From Candidatus Moranbacteria bacterium UBA4824 (lineage in GTDB: Bacteria; Patescibacteriota; Minisyncoccia; Moranbacterales; UBA2206), in the NCBI GenBank assembly GCA_002400405.1, contig DHFM01000046.1, positions 11,722 to 75,721 on the forward strand: a stretch of DNA of 64,000 nt, given 5' to 3'. Shown here piece after piece: positions 53,780-62,601 of the stretch (position 1 is its first letter; each line of letters opens with the position of its first letter). A program made the position numbers and the translations under genes. Below the pieces are notes generated by a model, which was given only the letters and a program-made list of their open reading frames with translations, was not told the origin of the DNA and made no database searches.

Positions 53780-54136
53780 ATGAAAAAGAACGAAGAAGCA
53801 AAAAAGATAAGAAAATTGATTTATATTCTTGAATGCTTAAGAAAAAATCAATTTTGTTGTCTTGAAGATGGGAAAGACTGTTCCGATGAGGAAATTCACA
53901 AGGAGATTTTTAGGATTGGGATAAAAAATTTCCTCATTTCAAAATCCGGACGCAAAGTTAAGAAAGTCGTTAAGGCATTTAAAACGTTGAATAACGGATT
54001 TGAAAAATTCAAAGGAGATATGATAACCCCGCAAATTTTTAATAAAGTCAATGAATTTATGCAGGGATATTTTCCTCAAGATGAATTTTTCAATATGAAG
54101 TTCACAGAACTTCGTGGACCAGAATCACAAAACTAG
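53780..54136 (+). CDS. Hypothetical protein (118 aa)
   Basis: ORF with AAAGGAG Shine-Dalgarno. Followed by two hairpins plus a T-run (54133..54177). Confidence 0.35.
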   Translation: MKKNEEAKKIRKLIYILECLRKNQFCCLEDGKDCSDEEIHKEIFRIGIKNFLISKSGRKVKKVVKAFKTLNNGFEKFKGDMITPQIFNKVNEFMQGYFPQDEFFNMKFTELRGPESQN

Positions 54137-54177
54137 CCGATAAATTTTCTGGCTAGTCGCGGTCGATGTGTTTTTTT
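54133..54177 (+). terminator. Tandem hairpin terminator
   Basis: ctagcc-N12-ggctag followed by gcggtcgatg-T7-aacattgaccgc. Confidence 0.45.
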
Positions 54178-54224
54178 AACATTGACCGCTTTTAATTTTC
54201 CCAAAATCCAGTTAGAATAAAATT

Positions 54225-54749
54225 ATGCAAAAAGAATTTATTACAATTAACTCTAAACAAACCCAAAAATTAGGCGAGCTTTTGGCGCGGGAATTACGAG
54301 GAGGAGAAATTATATGCTTGGATGGTGAATTGGGTGCTGGAAAAACAACTTTCACCCAAGGACTTTTGAAAGGTTTGAAAATTAAGGGGCCGTATACTAG
54401 TCCGACGTTTCTCATTATGAAGCAATATCATATAGCATGTAACATGAAACATGAAACAAAAGAAAAAAAAATGCTTCATGCTTCATGCTGCATGTTTCAT
54501 GACGTTTATCACTTTGATGCGTATCGTGTGGAGGCGCAGGATATTTTGAATTTAGGTTTCGAAGAAATATTGTCGAATAAGAAAAATATTATTATAATAG
54601 AATGGGCGAGTAGAATAGAAAAAATTATTCCAAAAGATAGTTTACGAATAAATTTTGAGTGGTTAGACCCGCCTTGCGTCGATGAGCGAACATCTTCGCA
54701 AGTCGAGGCAGGTGAAAATAAAAGAAAAATAATTTTTAATTCAAAATAA
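54225..54749 (+). CDS. tsaE: tRNA t6A37 biosynthesis protein TsaE (YjeE), carrying two in-frame repeat insertions
   Basis: LGELLARELRGGEIICLDGELGAGKTTFTQGLLKGL...TSPTFLIM. Repeat F (54430..54503) adds about 20 aa between the TSPTF and HFDAYR motifs. Repeat J (54668..54712) forms the C-terminal tail. Confidence 0.8.
   Translation: MQKEFITINSKQTQKLGELLARELRGGEIICLDGELGAGKTTFTQGLLKGLKIKGPYTSPTFLIMKQYHIACNMKHETKEKKMLHASCCMFHDVYHFDAYRVEAQDILNLGFEEILSNKKNIIIIEWASRIEKIIPKDSLRINFEWLDPPCVDERTSSQVEAGENKRKIIFNSK
54430..54503. repeat. Repeat family F copy inserted in-frame in tsaE
   Basis: catatagcatgtaacatgaaacatgaaaca...atgcttcatgcttcatgctgcatgtttcatgac. Encodes HIACNMKHETKEKKMLHASCCMFH. Confidence 0.55.
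54668..54712. repeat. Repeat family J copy (GC-rich hairpin) inside the tsaE 3' end
   Basis: cccgccttgcgtcga...gtcgaggcagg. Ends shared with 37127..37168. Confidence 0.45.
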
Positions 54750-54754
54750 AATTT

Positions 54755-54832
54755 TTGTCATCCTGAACAAGTTTTCAGGATCTCTAGTGCTGATAATTAA
54801 TTAAGATGCTGAAACAAGTTCAGCATGACAAA
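54755..54832. repeat. Repeat family G short element (78 bp, terminal inverted repeats tttgtcatcctgaac / gttcagcatgacaaa, two hairpins)
   Basis: Terminal inverted repeats match those of the 144-bp element at 29892..30035. Confidence 0.5.
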
Positions 54833-54844
54833 TTGCATAAGTCT

Positions 54845-55558
54845 ATGAAAAAGACAATGAGTATAATTTTTTTAGTAAGTACGGTATTTATATTCAGTGC
54901 TTGCTCGCAGAAAAAGGACACTATTTCAGATCCTATTAGTGATCCGGGTGGCTATGTTTCTGATATGGTGGACATTAATAAAAAAGCAGCCCAAGATATT
55001 CAAAGCGCAGTAGACAAAGAAAACGAAAAATTAACTAACGCCTTAAACGAAAACAATATGAATGAAGAAAAAACACAACTCGTGCTAATTAAAACAAACT
55101 TAGGCGATATTAAGGTAGAATTATTCGACAGCGCGCCTAAAACTGCCAAGAATTTTTCCGATCTTGCGCAAAAAGGATTCTACGATGGCACGAAATTTCA
55201 TCGAGTGATCAAAGGTTTTATGATTCAAGCCGGCGATCCACTTTCTAAGGATGATTCGCAAAAATCCATGTGGGGAACTGGTGGACCGGGATATAAATTT
55301 AATGATGAACTGACTGGTAAAGAAAAATATCTTCAAGGAACACTAGCGATGGCCAATTCCGGCCCAAACACTAATGGTAGTCAATTTTTCATCGTTACTG
55401 CGAGTCCCGGCGCGCAACTTCCGCCAGCTTATACGGTTTTTGGCAAAGTAGTTTCGGGAATGGACATCGCCCTAAAAATCGAAAATGTCCAAACCGCTCC
55501 CAATGATCAGCCGATTGAGGATGTGGTGATTGAAAATGTAACGGTTTTGGAGAAATAG
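54845..55558 (+). CDS. Cyclophilin-type peptidyl-prolyl cis-trans isomerase (lipoprotein)
   Basis: Lipobox FIFSAC. KFHRVIKGFMIQAGDP...LAMANSGPNTNGSQFFI. ATG 54845 preferred because the ORF-track start lies in repeat G. Confidence 0.85.
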   Translation: MKKTMSIIFLVSTVFIFSACSQKKDTISDPISDPGGYVSDMVDINKKAAQDIQSAVDKENEKLTNALNENNMNEEKTQLVLIKTNLGDIKVELFDSAPKTAKNFSDLAQKGFYDGTKFHRVIKGFMIQAGDPLSKDDSQKSMWGTGGPGYKFNDELTGKEKYLQGTLAMANSGPNTNGSQFFIVTASPGAQLPPAYTVFGKVVSGMDIALKIENVQTAPNDQPIEDVVIENVTVLEK

Positions 55559-55659
55559 GAAAGCAAGAAAAGTATGATATAATAGAATAAAGATTTGACA
55601 TTTATCATAAAATTTGATATAAATTCAAGTCCTATTGGTATTAATAGTATAAAAAATAT

Positions 55660-55986
55660 ATGTCGATTACAAAAAAAACTAAGGATTATTTGTTGAAAGC
55701 AATTAGTGGAAAAGATTTCGCGCCACAAGGACTTGTTGATATAAACAGGTATTTTAGGCTTTATGGTCCGATTAATTTTGAATTTAAAAAAGAAGGCGAT
55801 GCTATTGTTGGCATAAGTACAAATTTTAGATTTGGTTCTATTGTCACCTCAGGAAAAGATGCCAAAGAATTGGACAAAAATATTAAAGATGCTATTTTGA
55901 CTTCTTTTGAAATTCCTTCTTCGTACGCCAAAGAAGCTAATATAAAAAATATTAACGAACACAACCAAGAATATGCCCTCGCGTAG
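55660..55986 (+). CDS. hicB: HicB-like (UPF0150, RNase-H-fold) antitoxin candidate
   Basis: FEFKKEGDAIVGISTNFRFGSIVTSGKDAKELDKNIKDAILTSFE resembles HicB/UPF0150. Overlaps the HicA-like gene by 14 nt. Confidence 0.45.
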   Translation: MSITKKTKDYLLKAISGKDFAPQGLVDINRYFRLYGPINFEFKKEGDAIVGISTNFRFGSIVTSGKDAKELDKNIKDAILTSFEIPSSYAKEANIKNINEHNQEYALA

Positions 55987-56218
55987 TCAACTTCCGGGAA
56001 ATATAAAAAGAAAGAAGTTTATAAGGGCATTGATGCGTTGTGGATTTAAAATAGACTTAAGCGGTGGAGACGGAAGTCACTACAAAGCAACTTGGCCAGC
56101 GAATCAAAAATCAATCACTATTCAATCGGATATAAGAAAAGATGTTCTATATTATCTGTTGAAAGAGATTGAAAAATATAGTGGCGTCACTTGGGAAGAA
56201 ATTAGAAAAAAAATGTAG
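55973..56218 (+). CDS. hicA: HicA-family mRNA interferase toxin
   Basis: KFIRALMRCGFKIDLSGGDGSHYKATWP fits the HicA (YcfA-like) G-x-GSH pattern. Confidence 0.55.
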   Translation: MPSRSQLPGNIKRKKFIRALMRCGFKIDLSGGDGSHYKATWPANQKSITIQSDIRKDVLYYLLKEIEKYSGVTWEEIRKKM

Positions 56219-56368
56219 AAAAACTATTTTTGAAACAAAAAAAACAGGCAGGGTCGAAATTCTCGACGCCTGCCTTTTTATATCTCGCTTTTTTTAAGAT
56301 TATAGCGATCATTTGAAATTTATAAAAATTTCAAAGGGTCAAAGAATCAAAGAGTCAGAGTTTCAACT

Positions 56369-56908
56369 CTAAGATTCAGAGAGATTACGGAAGAAGAAAC
56401 GATCGCCAGCCTTCCACGCAAGATAAGGATTAGTCCCGTAAGTTTTCCACCAAAGATTGTCGAGAGAAGCGGCTTCCACGCGCCAACCCTCCCGGTCCCA
56501 CATGCAATACACTGCCCAGAGCACTCTGCTCTTGTCGCGAATATAAAAAATATTATTATGATATTCATCAACAAGGAGAGCGCCTTTCTCGCCATTGGGT
56601 TGTTTCTTTAGAGTTGCCCAAAACTCAGCGAGAGTGGTTTCGGTCTTAACTTCACCATCGAGCTCGGCAATGATTCGCCTGTCAAATGCGTCTTCCTTGA
56701 GGTTCCCATAGTGGAGTGTACTGCCAGTAAACAAGTCTTCTTCTTTGTCAAGAAAATATTTACGAAAGCGATTCATCACATAACTGATTTTTACTTTTGC
56801 GTCATCACTAGTGTTAACAATGAAATTTTCACAAGCAATGAATGGTTTTGTGGTTGCCGGCACAACAAAAGTGCCAATAAAATCAATCCAATCATTTTTC
56901 ATCTTCAT
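56369..56908 (-). CDS. Hypothetical protein encoded by a GC-elevated (about 45%) orphan gene
   Basis: 179-aa ORF with W-rich C-terminal half (WAVYCMWDREGWRVEAASLDNLWWKTYGTNPYLAWKAGDRFFFRNL). Composition differs from neighbours. No family recognised. Confidence 0.4.
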   Translation of the reverse strand: MKMKNDWIDFIGTFVVPATTKPFIACENFIVNTSDDAKVKISYVMNRFRKYFLDKEEDLFTGSTLHYGNLKEDAFDRRIIAELDGEVKTETTLAEFWATLKKQPNGEKGALLVDEYHNNIFYIRDKSRVLWAVYCMWDREGWRVEAASLDNLWWKTYGTNPYLAWKAGDRFFFRNLSES

Positions 56909-57128
56909 TCTCCTTATTTTGAGTTTTGTAGCCCGTTAGTGGGCGCTTTGGAATTGTTAATGTGCATTGTTAAGATTTTTATTTTCTGATTTTTATCCTA
57001 ACAAAGCATTATATATTAAATTTCATAAATTGTCATTAATAAAGACTTGCTTATTGTATAAGCATAAACTATTTGCTTTATTTCAAGCAATATGCTACAA
57101 TAATAATGTTGACATAATTGACGACACT

Positions 57129-57872
57129 ATGAAAAATGAACTACAAAAAGAGCTTTTAGCAACAGGACTAAGCGAAAATGAATCGGCTATATATTTATCT
57201 GCTTTGGAGATGGGCGAGACAACCGTGAGTCGACTGGCGAAAAAGGCTGGAGTTAAGCGAACCACGGCCTATTTAGTGCTTGAATCTTTGAAGGAAAAAG
57301 GCTTAATCAGTTCACTCAAAAAAGAATCGGCCTCAGTTTTCTTTGCCGAAGATCCAAAAAAACTTCACGATATCCTAGAAGAACGCCAAGAAAAAATTGA
57401 CAAAATAATGCCACAACTCTTAGCGTTTACAAATATGATTGATAAGAAACCAGAAATCCGCTATTTTGATGGGGATGAAGGAATCAAAGAGGTGTATCGT
57501 GATTCACTAAAATATCCTGATTCAGAGATACTAACTTGGTATGCCCAAAATTTTTTCACTCATTTTGAGGAAAATTTTTTCTTGGAAGAATATATTCCCA
57601 AAAGATTGAAAAAGAAAATTTGGGTGCGCGCGATTTTGCCAGATAGCAAGCTTATTCGCGAATGGATCAAGAATGATCAAGAGCATCTTCGAAAATCAAA
57701 ATTAATATCAGCAGAAAAATATCCAATTTCAATTGAATTAAACGTTTACGGAAAAAATAAGGTAGGAATTGTATCTTATGAAGAAGAATTTGCCATCATA
57801 ATTGAAAGTCAAAAAATTCACAGCAGTCTAAAGAGTATTTTTGAGGCTATGTGGGATTCATGGCCGGAATAA
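57129..57872 (+). CDS. TrmB-family transcriptional regulator
   Basis: N-terminal wHTH (LSENESAIYLSALEMGETTVSRLAKKAGVKRTTAYLVLESLKEKGLI) plus C-terminal TrmB-like domain. ATG 57129 preferred over ORF-track 56967. Confidence 0.6.
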   Translation: MKNELQKELLATGLSENESAIYLSALEMGETTVSRLAKKAGVKRTTAYLVLESLKEKGLISSLKKESASVFFAEDPKKLHDILEERQEKIDKIMPQLLAFTNMIDKKPEIRYFDGDEGIKEVYRDSLKYPDSEILTWYAQNFFTHFEENFFLEEYIPKRLKKKIWVRAILPDSKLIREWIKNDQEHLRKSKLISAEKYPISIELNVYGKNKVGIVSYEEEFAIIIESQKIHSSLKSIFEAMWDSWPE

Positions 57873-57915
57873 TTCTAATTTTGTAATATTTTATACTTAG
57901 CGATATACTAATACT

Positions 57916-60627
57916 ATGTTAAACAAACCAAAAAAACTCATTCTAATTGACGGCAATGCGATCATTCATCGGTCATATCATGCGCTTCCGCCACTAACGA
58001 CCAAAAGTGGGGAATTGGTCAACGCAGTTTATGGATTTGCGTCCACAATGCTCAGTGTCATTTCCAAATTCCAGCCGGACTATATTCTGGCGACTTTTGA
58101 TTTGGCGGGACCGACTTTTCGTCATGAGGAATATAAGGAATATAAGGCGACACGAACAAAAGCGCCAGATGAACTTTATGCGCAAATTGAGCGAGTAAAA
58201 GAAGTGGTGCGGGCGATGGGCATTCCAATTTATGAAAAGGCGGGGTTTGAGGCGGATGACGTGATTGGGACGATGATTAGAAAATCAGAAAATGAACATG
58301 AAGACATTGAAAATATAATCGTGACGGGGGATCTGGACACAGTGCAACTAGTGAGTCCGAAAACTCAAGTGTACACCATGCGTCGAGGGCTCACGGATTC
58401 GGTGATGTATGATGAGGCGAAAGTTTTTGAAAGATATGGACTGAAACCTAATCAGATTATTGATTATAAAGGTCTGCGCGGAGATCCGTCGGATAATATT
58501 TTAGGTGTCAAAGGGATTGGAGAAAAAACCGCTTCCTCTTTGCTTCAAAAATATGGGACAATTGAGGGAGTGTATGAAAATATTGCTGAAATCAAAGGGT
58601 CAGTCAAAGAAAAATTGGAACGGGACAAAATGCAAGCTATTCAAAGTAAACGCTTAGCAACAATTCGCACGGATGTTCCAGTGGAATTGAACTTGGAAGA
58701 AGCGAAAACGCATGAATTTGATCGAACAAAACTAATTAGGCTTTTTCAAGAATTGACTTTCTACTCGCTAATAAAACGTATCCCAGAGTCGAAAGATTTT
58801 AATACTACAAATTTACAAATCAATTACAAATCTACAAATAATTCCGGAATTAAGGATTTTAAATATGAACTGATTACGGATGATAAGGCGGAAGAATTTT
58901 TCAAGAATTTAAATGCGCAAAAAGAAGTTGCGATTACACTCAGAACCTCACCCCAACCCTCTCCTTATCAAGGAGAGGGGGTTAAAGGCATAGCATTTTC
59001 TTGGAAAACTGGGCGAGCCGGATATATAGAAAAAGTCGAAAGTCAGAAGTCGAAAGTCAAAAGTATTTTAGAAAATAATGGAATCAAAAAAATTGGGTAT
59101 GATTTGAAAAATAGTATAAAAATTTTAAAAGAAAATGATATTGAGCTAAAAGGTGAATTGTACGATGTAATGCTTTCAGCTTATGTGCTAAATCCGGGGG
59201 CAAAAATGGATCTTGCGAGATTAGTTTTAGAGCAATTGGGCGAGGAGGTGCATGAAGAAAAAAAGAAGGGACAGCTGGGATTGGATATGGAAACACAAGA
59301 AGAAATTGCCAACAAGGAATGCAAAGTAGCTGATTATATTTTTAAGTTAAAAGAAATTTTTTCAGAAAAAATTGAAAAAATTTCTGGGGATCAAGGTAAG
59401 GATAATAATTTGGAAAATGTTTTTTCAAAAATTGAAATGCCACTCGTTGAAATTTTAGCAGAAATGGAAATTCATGGAGTAAAACTAAATACAGTTATTT
59501 TTAAAGGTATTGTAGAAAAGATAAATGCGCGGATAATTAATTTGGAAAAAAGTATCTATGCCTTAGCTGGAATTGAATTTAATATCAATTCTCCTAAACA
59601 ATTGGCGGAAATTCTTTTTGTGAAACTTAAAATTTCAACGGATAACATTAAGAAGGGAAAGACTGGATATTCAACTGCATCAGCGGAATTACAAAAAATT
59701 AAGGGGGAATATAAAATTGCGGAAAAAATTGAAGAATACCGAGAAATTTTCAAATTGAAAACTACCTATCTAGATGCGCTACCGCTGTTAGTGGATGAAA
59801 AATCACGCATTCACACCACTTTCAACCAAGCCGTCACCGCTACAGGGCGTTTGTCCTCTTCGGAACCTAATTTGCAAAACATTCCAATTCGTACTGATCT
59901 TGGACAACTTTTGCGCGTCGCTTTTGAAGCCGAACAAGGATATAAATTAGTAGCGGCTGACTATTCACAAATTGATCTTCGCGCCGTGGCCCATGTTTCG
60001 GGGGATAAAAAAATGATTGAACTTTTTCATGTTGGGTCTGATATTCATACTGCTACCGCTTCTGAAATCAACAAGGTTTCAATTTCGCAAGTGACTCAGA
60101 AAATGCGAAGTTCGGCCAAAGCTTTGAATTTTGGTGTGATATATGGGATGAGCGTTTTTGGTTTTTCTGTCTCAGCTGGAATTTCCAGAGATGACGCCAA
60201 AAAATTTATCGACGCATATTTTGAAAAATTTACCGGTGTGGCGCAGTATATGAAATCAACCAAAGAATTTGCGAAAATTAATGGTTATGTCGAAACCGAA
60301 ATGGGTCGCCGTCGTTATATCCCAGAGATAAATTCTTCAAATTTTATGGTGCAAAATTCAGCTGAGCGAATGGCAATTAATATGCCGATTCAAGGCATGT
60401 CAGCTGATATCGTGAAGCTCGCAATGCTCGCGGTTGCCCAAGTTTATAAAAATAATCCAGATGTAAAAATAATTTTACAAGTGCATGATGAAATAATTTT
60501 GGAAGTAAAAGAAAATTTAGCGCAGGAAGTGGCCAAAAAAGTCAAAGAAATTATGGAAGGTGTTTATAAACTTAAAGTCCCGCTAGTGGTGGATGTGAAG
60601 GTGGGGGATAATTGGGGGGAAATTTAA
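57916..60627 (+). CDS. polA: DNA polymerase I
   Basis: 5'-3' exonuclease N-terminus (LILIDGNAIIHRSYHA). Polymerase motifs A/B/C (DYSQIDLRAVAHVS; RSSAKALNFGVIYG; QVHDEIILEV). Confidence 0.95.
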   Translation: MLNKPKKLILIDGNAIIHRSYHALPPLTTKSGELVNAVYGFASTMLSVISKFQPDYILATFDLAGPTFRHEEYKEYKATRTKAPDELYAQIERVKEVVRAMGIPIYEKAGFEADDVIGTMIRKSENEHEDIENIIVTGDLDTVQLVSPKTQVYTMRRGLTDSVMYDEAKVFERYGLKPNQIIDYKGLRGDPSDNILGVKGIGEKTASSLLQKYGTIEGVYENIAEIKGSVKEKLERDKMQAIQSKRLATIRTDVPVELNLEEAKTHEFDRTKLIRLFQELTFYSLIKRIPESKDFNTTNLQINYKSTNNSGIKDFKYELITDDKAEEFFKNLNAQKEVAITLRTSPQPSPYQGEGVKGIAFSWKTGRAGYIEKVESQKSKVKSILENNGIKKIGYDLKNSIKILKENDIELKGELYDVMLSAYVLNPGAKMDLARLVLEQLGEEVHEEKKKGQLGLDMETQEEIANKECKVADYIFKLKEIFSEKIEKISGDQGKDNNLENVFSKIEMPLVEILAEMEIHGVKLNTVIFKGIVEKINARIINLEKSIYALAGIEFNINSPKQLAEILFVKLKISTDNIKKGKTGYSTASAELQKIKGEYKIAEKIEEYREIFKLKTTYLDALPLLVDEKSRIHTTFNQAVTATGRLSSSEPNLQNIPIRTDLGQLLRVAFEAEQGYKLVAADYSQIDLRAVAHVSGDKKMIELFHVGSDIHTATASEINKVSISQVTQKMRSSAKALNFGVIYGMSVFGFSVSAGISRDDAKKFIDAYFEKFTGVAQYMKSTKEFAKINGYVETEMGRRRYIPEINSSNFMVQNSAERMAINMPIQGMSADIVKLAMLAVAQVYKNNPDVKIILQVHDEIILEVKENLAQEVAKKVKEIMEGVYKLKVPLVVDVKVGDNWGEI

Positions 60628-60628
60628 T

Positions 60629-60654
60629 CTTTCCTAAAGCGAAGCTTTAGGAAG
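60629..60654. repeat. REP-like palindrome copy 1 (ctttcctaaagcgaagctttaggaag)
   Basis: Perfect hairpin. Starts 2 nt after the polA stop. Copies at 61896, 62128 and 62602. Confidence 0.65.
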
Positions 60655-60676
60655 GTAAAATAGCAGAAGCATATTT

Positions 60677-61417
60677 TTACGGTTCTATAATCTTACCACT
60701 GTTCCAAATTATTTCAAAAATTTGTTTCTGCACTCTGGCAACTTCTTTATCTTCAATTACCATTCCAAATTCATCTTTGTAATTAACAATATAAACTTTT
60801 TCAGCTCCGATTATCATTTCTATTTCAGAATGAAATGTATCTTTGGGTAATATTCTGGTTTCTCTTAATTCATTTTTATCTTTTTTCTTTATTTCTAGTA
60901 TCTCATTACTCATTTCTCCAATAACCCTCACTTTTTTTCCAATATCCTTTCTTCTTTTGATATAATCATCACTAAGTTTTTTCTCGTCCGCTGAAATAAA
61001 ACGAGGAGTAGTAAAGCCGACCAATTCCGATTCGCTTGTTCTAAGCGTAGCATTATTTATTTCCTCAATCCCTCTTTTGCCTTCATAATAATATACTTTT
61101 GGCTTTTTTTCTTTTAAATTATTTATGGCGTTTAATTCTGGAATAGATTTCTTCAATTCATCAATTTTCTGTTCTTCCATTTTTAAAATTTTTTCAGGTG
61201 CCTCGGCAGAAAAATAAGTCTTCCTTCCTTTTTTTGATTGTTTAATAAAGCCTTTTTGTATGAGGTCTTTAACGATATCATAAAAATATGTTCGGTGCAG
61301 TCCTGTTTTCTCAGTTATTTGACTAGCTGTGGACACGCCTAATTCCAAGGAAGCTAAATATATATCTGCTTCTTTTTGATTTAATCCAATTTTCTCAAAA
61401 ATATTTCGCATGCTCAT
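60677..61417 (-). CDS. TrmB-family transcriptional regulator (paralog of 57129..57872)
   Basis: wHTH (LNQKEADIYLASLELGVSTASQITEKTGLHRTYFYDIVKDLIQKGFI) plus C-terminal domain. Same architecture as the other TrmB gene. Confidence 0.6.
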   Translation of the reverse strand: MSMRNIFEKIGLNQKEADIYLASLELGVSTASQITEKTGLHRTYFYDIVKDLIQKGFIKQSKKGRKTYFSAEAPEKILKMEEQKIDELKKSIPELNAINNLKEKKPKVYYYEGKRGIEEINNATLRTSESELVGFTTPRFISADEKKLSDDYIKRRKDIGKKVRVIGEMSNEILEIKKKDKNELRETRILPKDTFHSEIEMIIGAEKVYIVNYKDEFGMVIEDKEVARVQKQIFEIIWNSGKIIEP

Positions 61418-61521
61418 ATTTGTCGTAAATTATAATACTAAACTTATTTTAACATAGTGGCTTAAATAAGTCAATAAATGCTTAGTTAGTTAATATATCC
61501 TAAAATTTTTGTCTTTAAATA

Positions 61522-61550
61522 TTGACTATGAATATTGATAGTGTTATATT
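61522..61550 (+). promoter_or_regulatory. Sigma70-like promoter (TTGACT-17-TATATT) for the 62-aa mini-gene
   Basis: ttgactatgaatattgatagtgttatatt. Confidence 0.35.
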
Positions 61551-61632
61551 TTTTGAAACTTAGATAGGTTCTATTAACTAAGTTTTCTTGTTCCTTAGAA
61601 AATGACATTAAATCAAAAAAAGGAGAATTAAA

Positions 61633-61821
61633 ATGAAGAAATTCAAGATTAGCATCAGTGTTTACAATTCGGAAGCGGACAAGTTTTTCTCATGCTCCGA
61701 AGTTGTGGAGGCGAATGATCTTAAGGATGCGAGAATGAAGGGGGGTGAGGCGATAGAACGTCTCAAGAAAGAAAATCCCGCTCGCCATTGCACAATAGGT
61801 CAGATAGCGCCTCAAAAATAG
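61633..61821 (+). CDS. Small hypothetical protein (62 aa) in a self-contained promoter-SD-ORF-terminator unit
   Basis: AAGGAG Shine-Dalgarno 8 nt upstream. GC elevated (about 43%). Canonical terminator follows. Confidence 0.35.
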   Translation: MKKFKISISVYNSEADKFFSCSEVVEANDLKDARMKGGEAIERLKKENPARHCTIGQIAPQK

Positions 61822-61846
61822 CTTTATTCCCCGTCTGGTATTTAGT

Positions 61847-61883
61847 GGCCTCTTTGAAAAGTAATATCAAAGAGGCCGTTTTT
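61847..61883 (+). terminator. Rho-independent terminator
   Basis: ggcctctttga-aaagtaatatc-aaagaggcc followed by gttttt. Confidence 0.65.
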
Positions 61884-61895
61884 AAATTTTGTAAT

Positions 61896-61919
61896 CTTTC
61901 CTAAAGCTCGGCTTTAGGG
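61896..61919. repeat. REP-like palindrome copy 2 (divergent: ctttcctaaagctcggctttaggg)
   Basis: Sits 13 nt upstream of the RAYT gene. Confidence 0.55.
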
Positions 61920-61931
61920 TACAATTGCATT

Positions 61932-62600
61932 ATGAGAAAAATAGAATTTGCTAATGAGGAATATTATCATATATTTAATCGCGGAGTAGATAAGCGCGAA
62001 ATATTTTTAAGCTCTCAAGAATACGAGAGATTTATTTTGGCGATGCAATTATTAAATGATAAAGAAGGCGGACTAATGATCAAATGGAGGGATTACAAAA
62101 AAGCCAATCCAACCGCTAAATTAGAGTCTTTCCTAAAGCGAAGCTTTAGGAAGAGGGAACCGCTGGTTGAGATTATTGCATATTGTCTAAATCCAAATCA
62201 TTATCATTTTATTTTGAAACAAATTGAAGATAATGGTATTGAAAGGTTTATGCATAAAATTGGGACAAGTTATACAAAATATTTTAATAAGAAAAATAAG
62301 CGAAGCGGAGTTTTGTTTCAAGGAGTTTTCAAATCAGTTCATATTGATTCCAATGAATACTTATTGTATCTTTCGGCTTATGTGAATAAAAATAATTTTA
62401 TTCACAGATACAATAAAAATGATGACTGGTCATATTCCAGTTTATTGGATTATTTAGGTAAGAAAAAAAGCGGATTTTTAAATATGAATGCAGTTTTAGG
62501 ACAATTTAAAAGTATAAATGAATATGAAGAATATTTGAAAAATAATGCTTTATATATGAAAGAAAAAAAGGAAATGGAGGAATATTTAATTGAAGAATAA
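61932..62600 (+). CDS. IS200/IS605-like Y1 (HuH) transposase of the REP-associated (RAYT) type
   Basis: N-terminal YHIFNRG motif. HuH motif HYHFIL. Downstream Tyr region (YLSAYVNKNN). Flanked by, and internally carrying, the REP-like palindrome. Confidence 0.6.
   Translation: MRKIEFANEEYYHIFNRGVDKREIFLSSQEYERFILAMQLLNDKEGGLMIKWRDYKKANPTAKLESFLKRSFRKREPLVEIIAYCLNPNHYHFILKQIEDNGIERFMHKIGTSYTKYFNKKNKRSGVLFQGVFKSVHIDSNEYLLYLSAYVNKNNFIHRYNKNDDWSYSSLLDYLGKKKSGFLNMNAVLGQFKSINEYEEYLKNNALYMKEKKEMEEYLIEE
62128..62153. repeat. REP-like palindrome copy 3, in-frame inside the RAYT CDS (encodes SFLKRSFRK)
   Basis: Identical 26-mer to copy 1. No stop codon introduced. Confidence 0.65.
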
Positions 62601-62601
62601 C

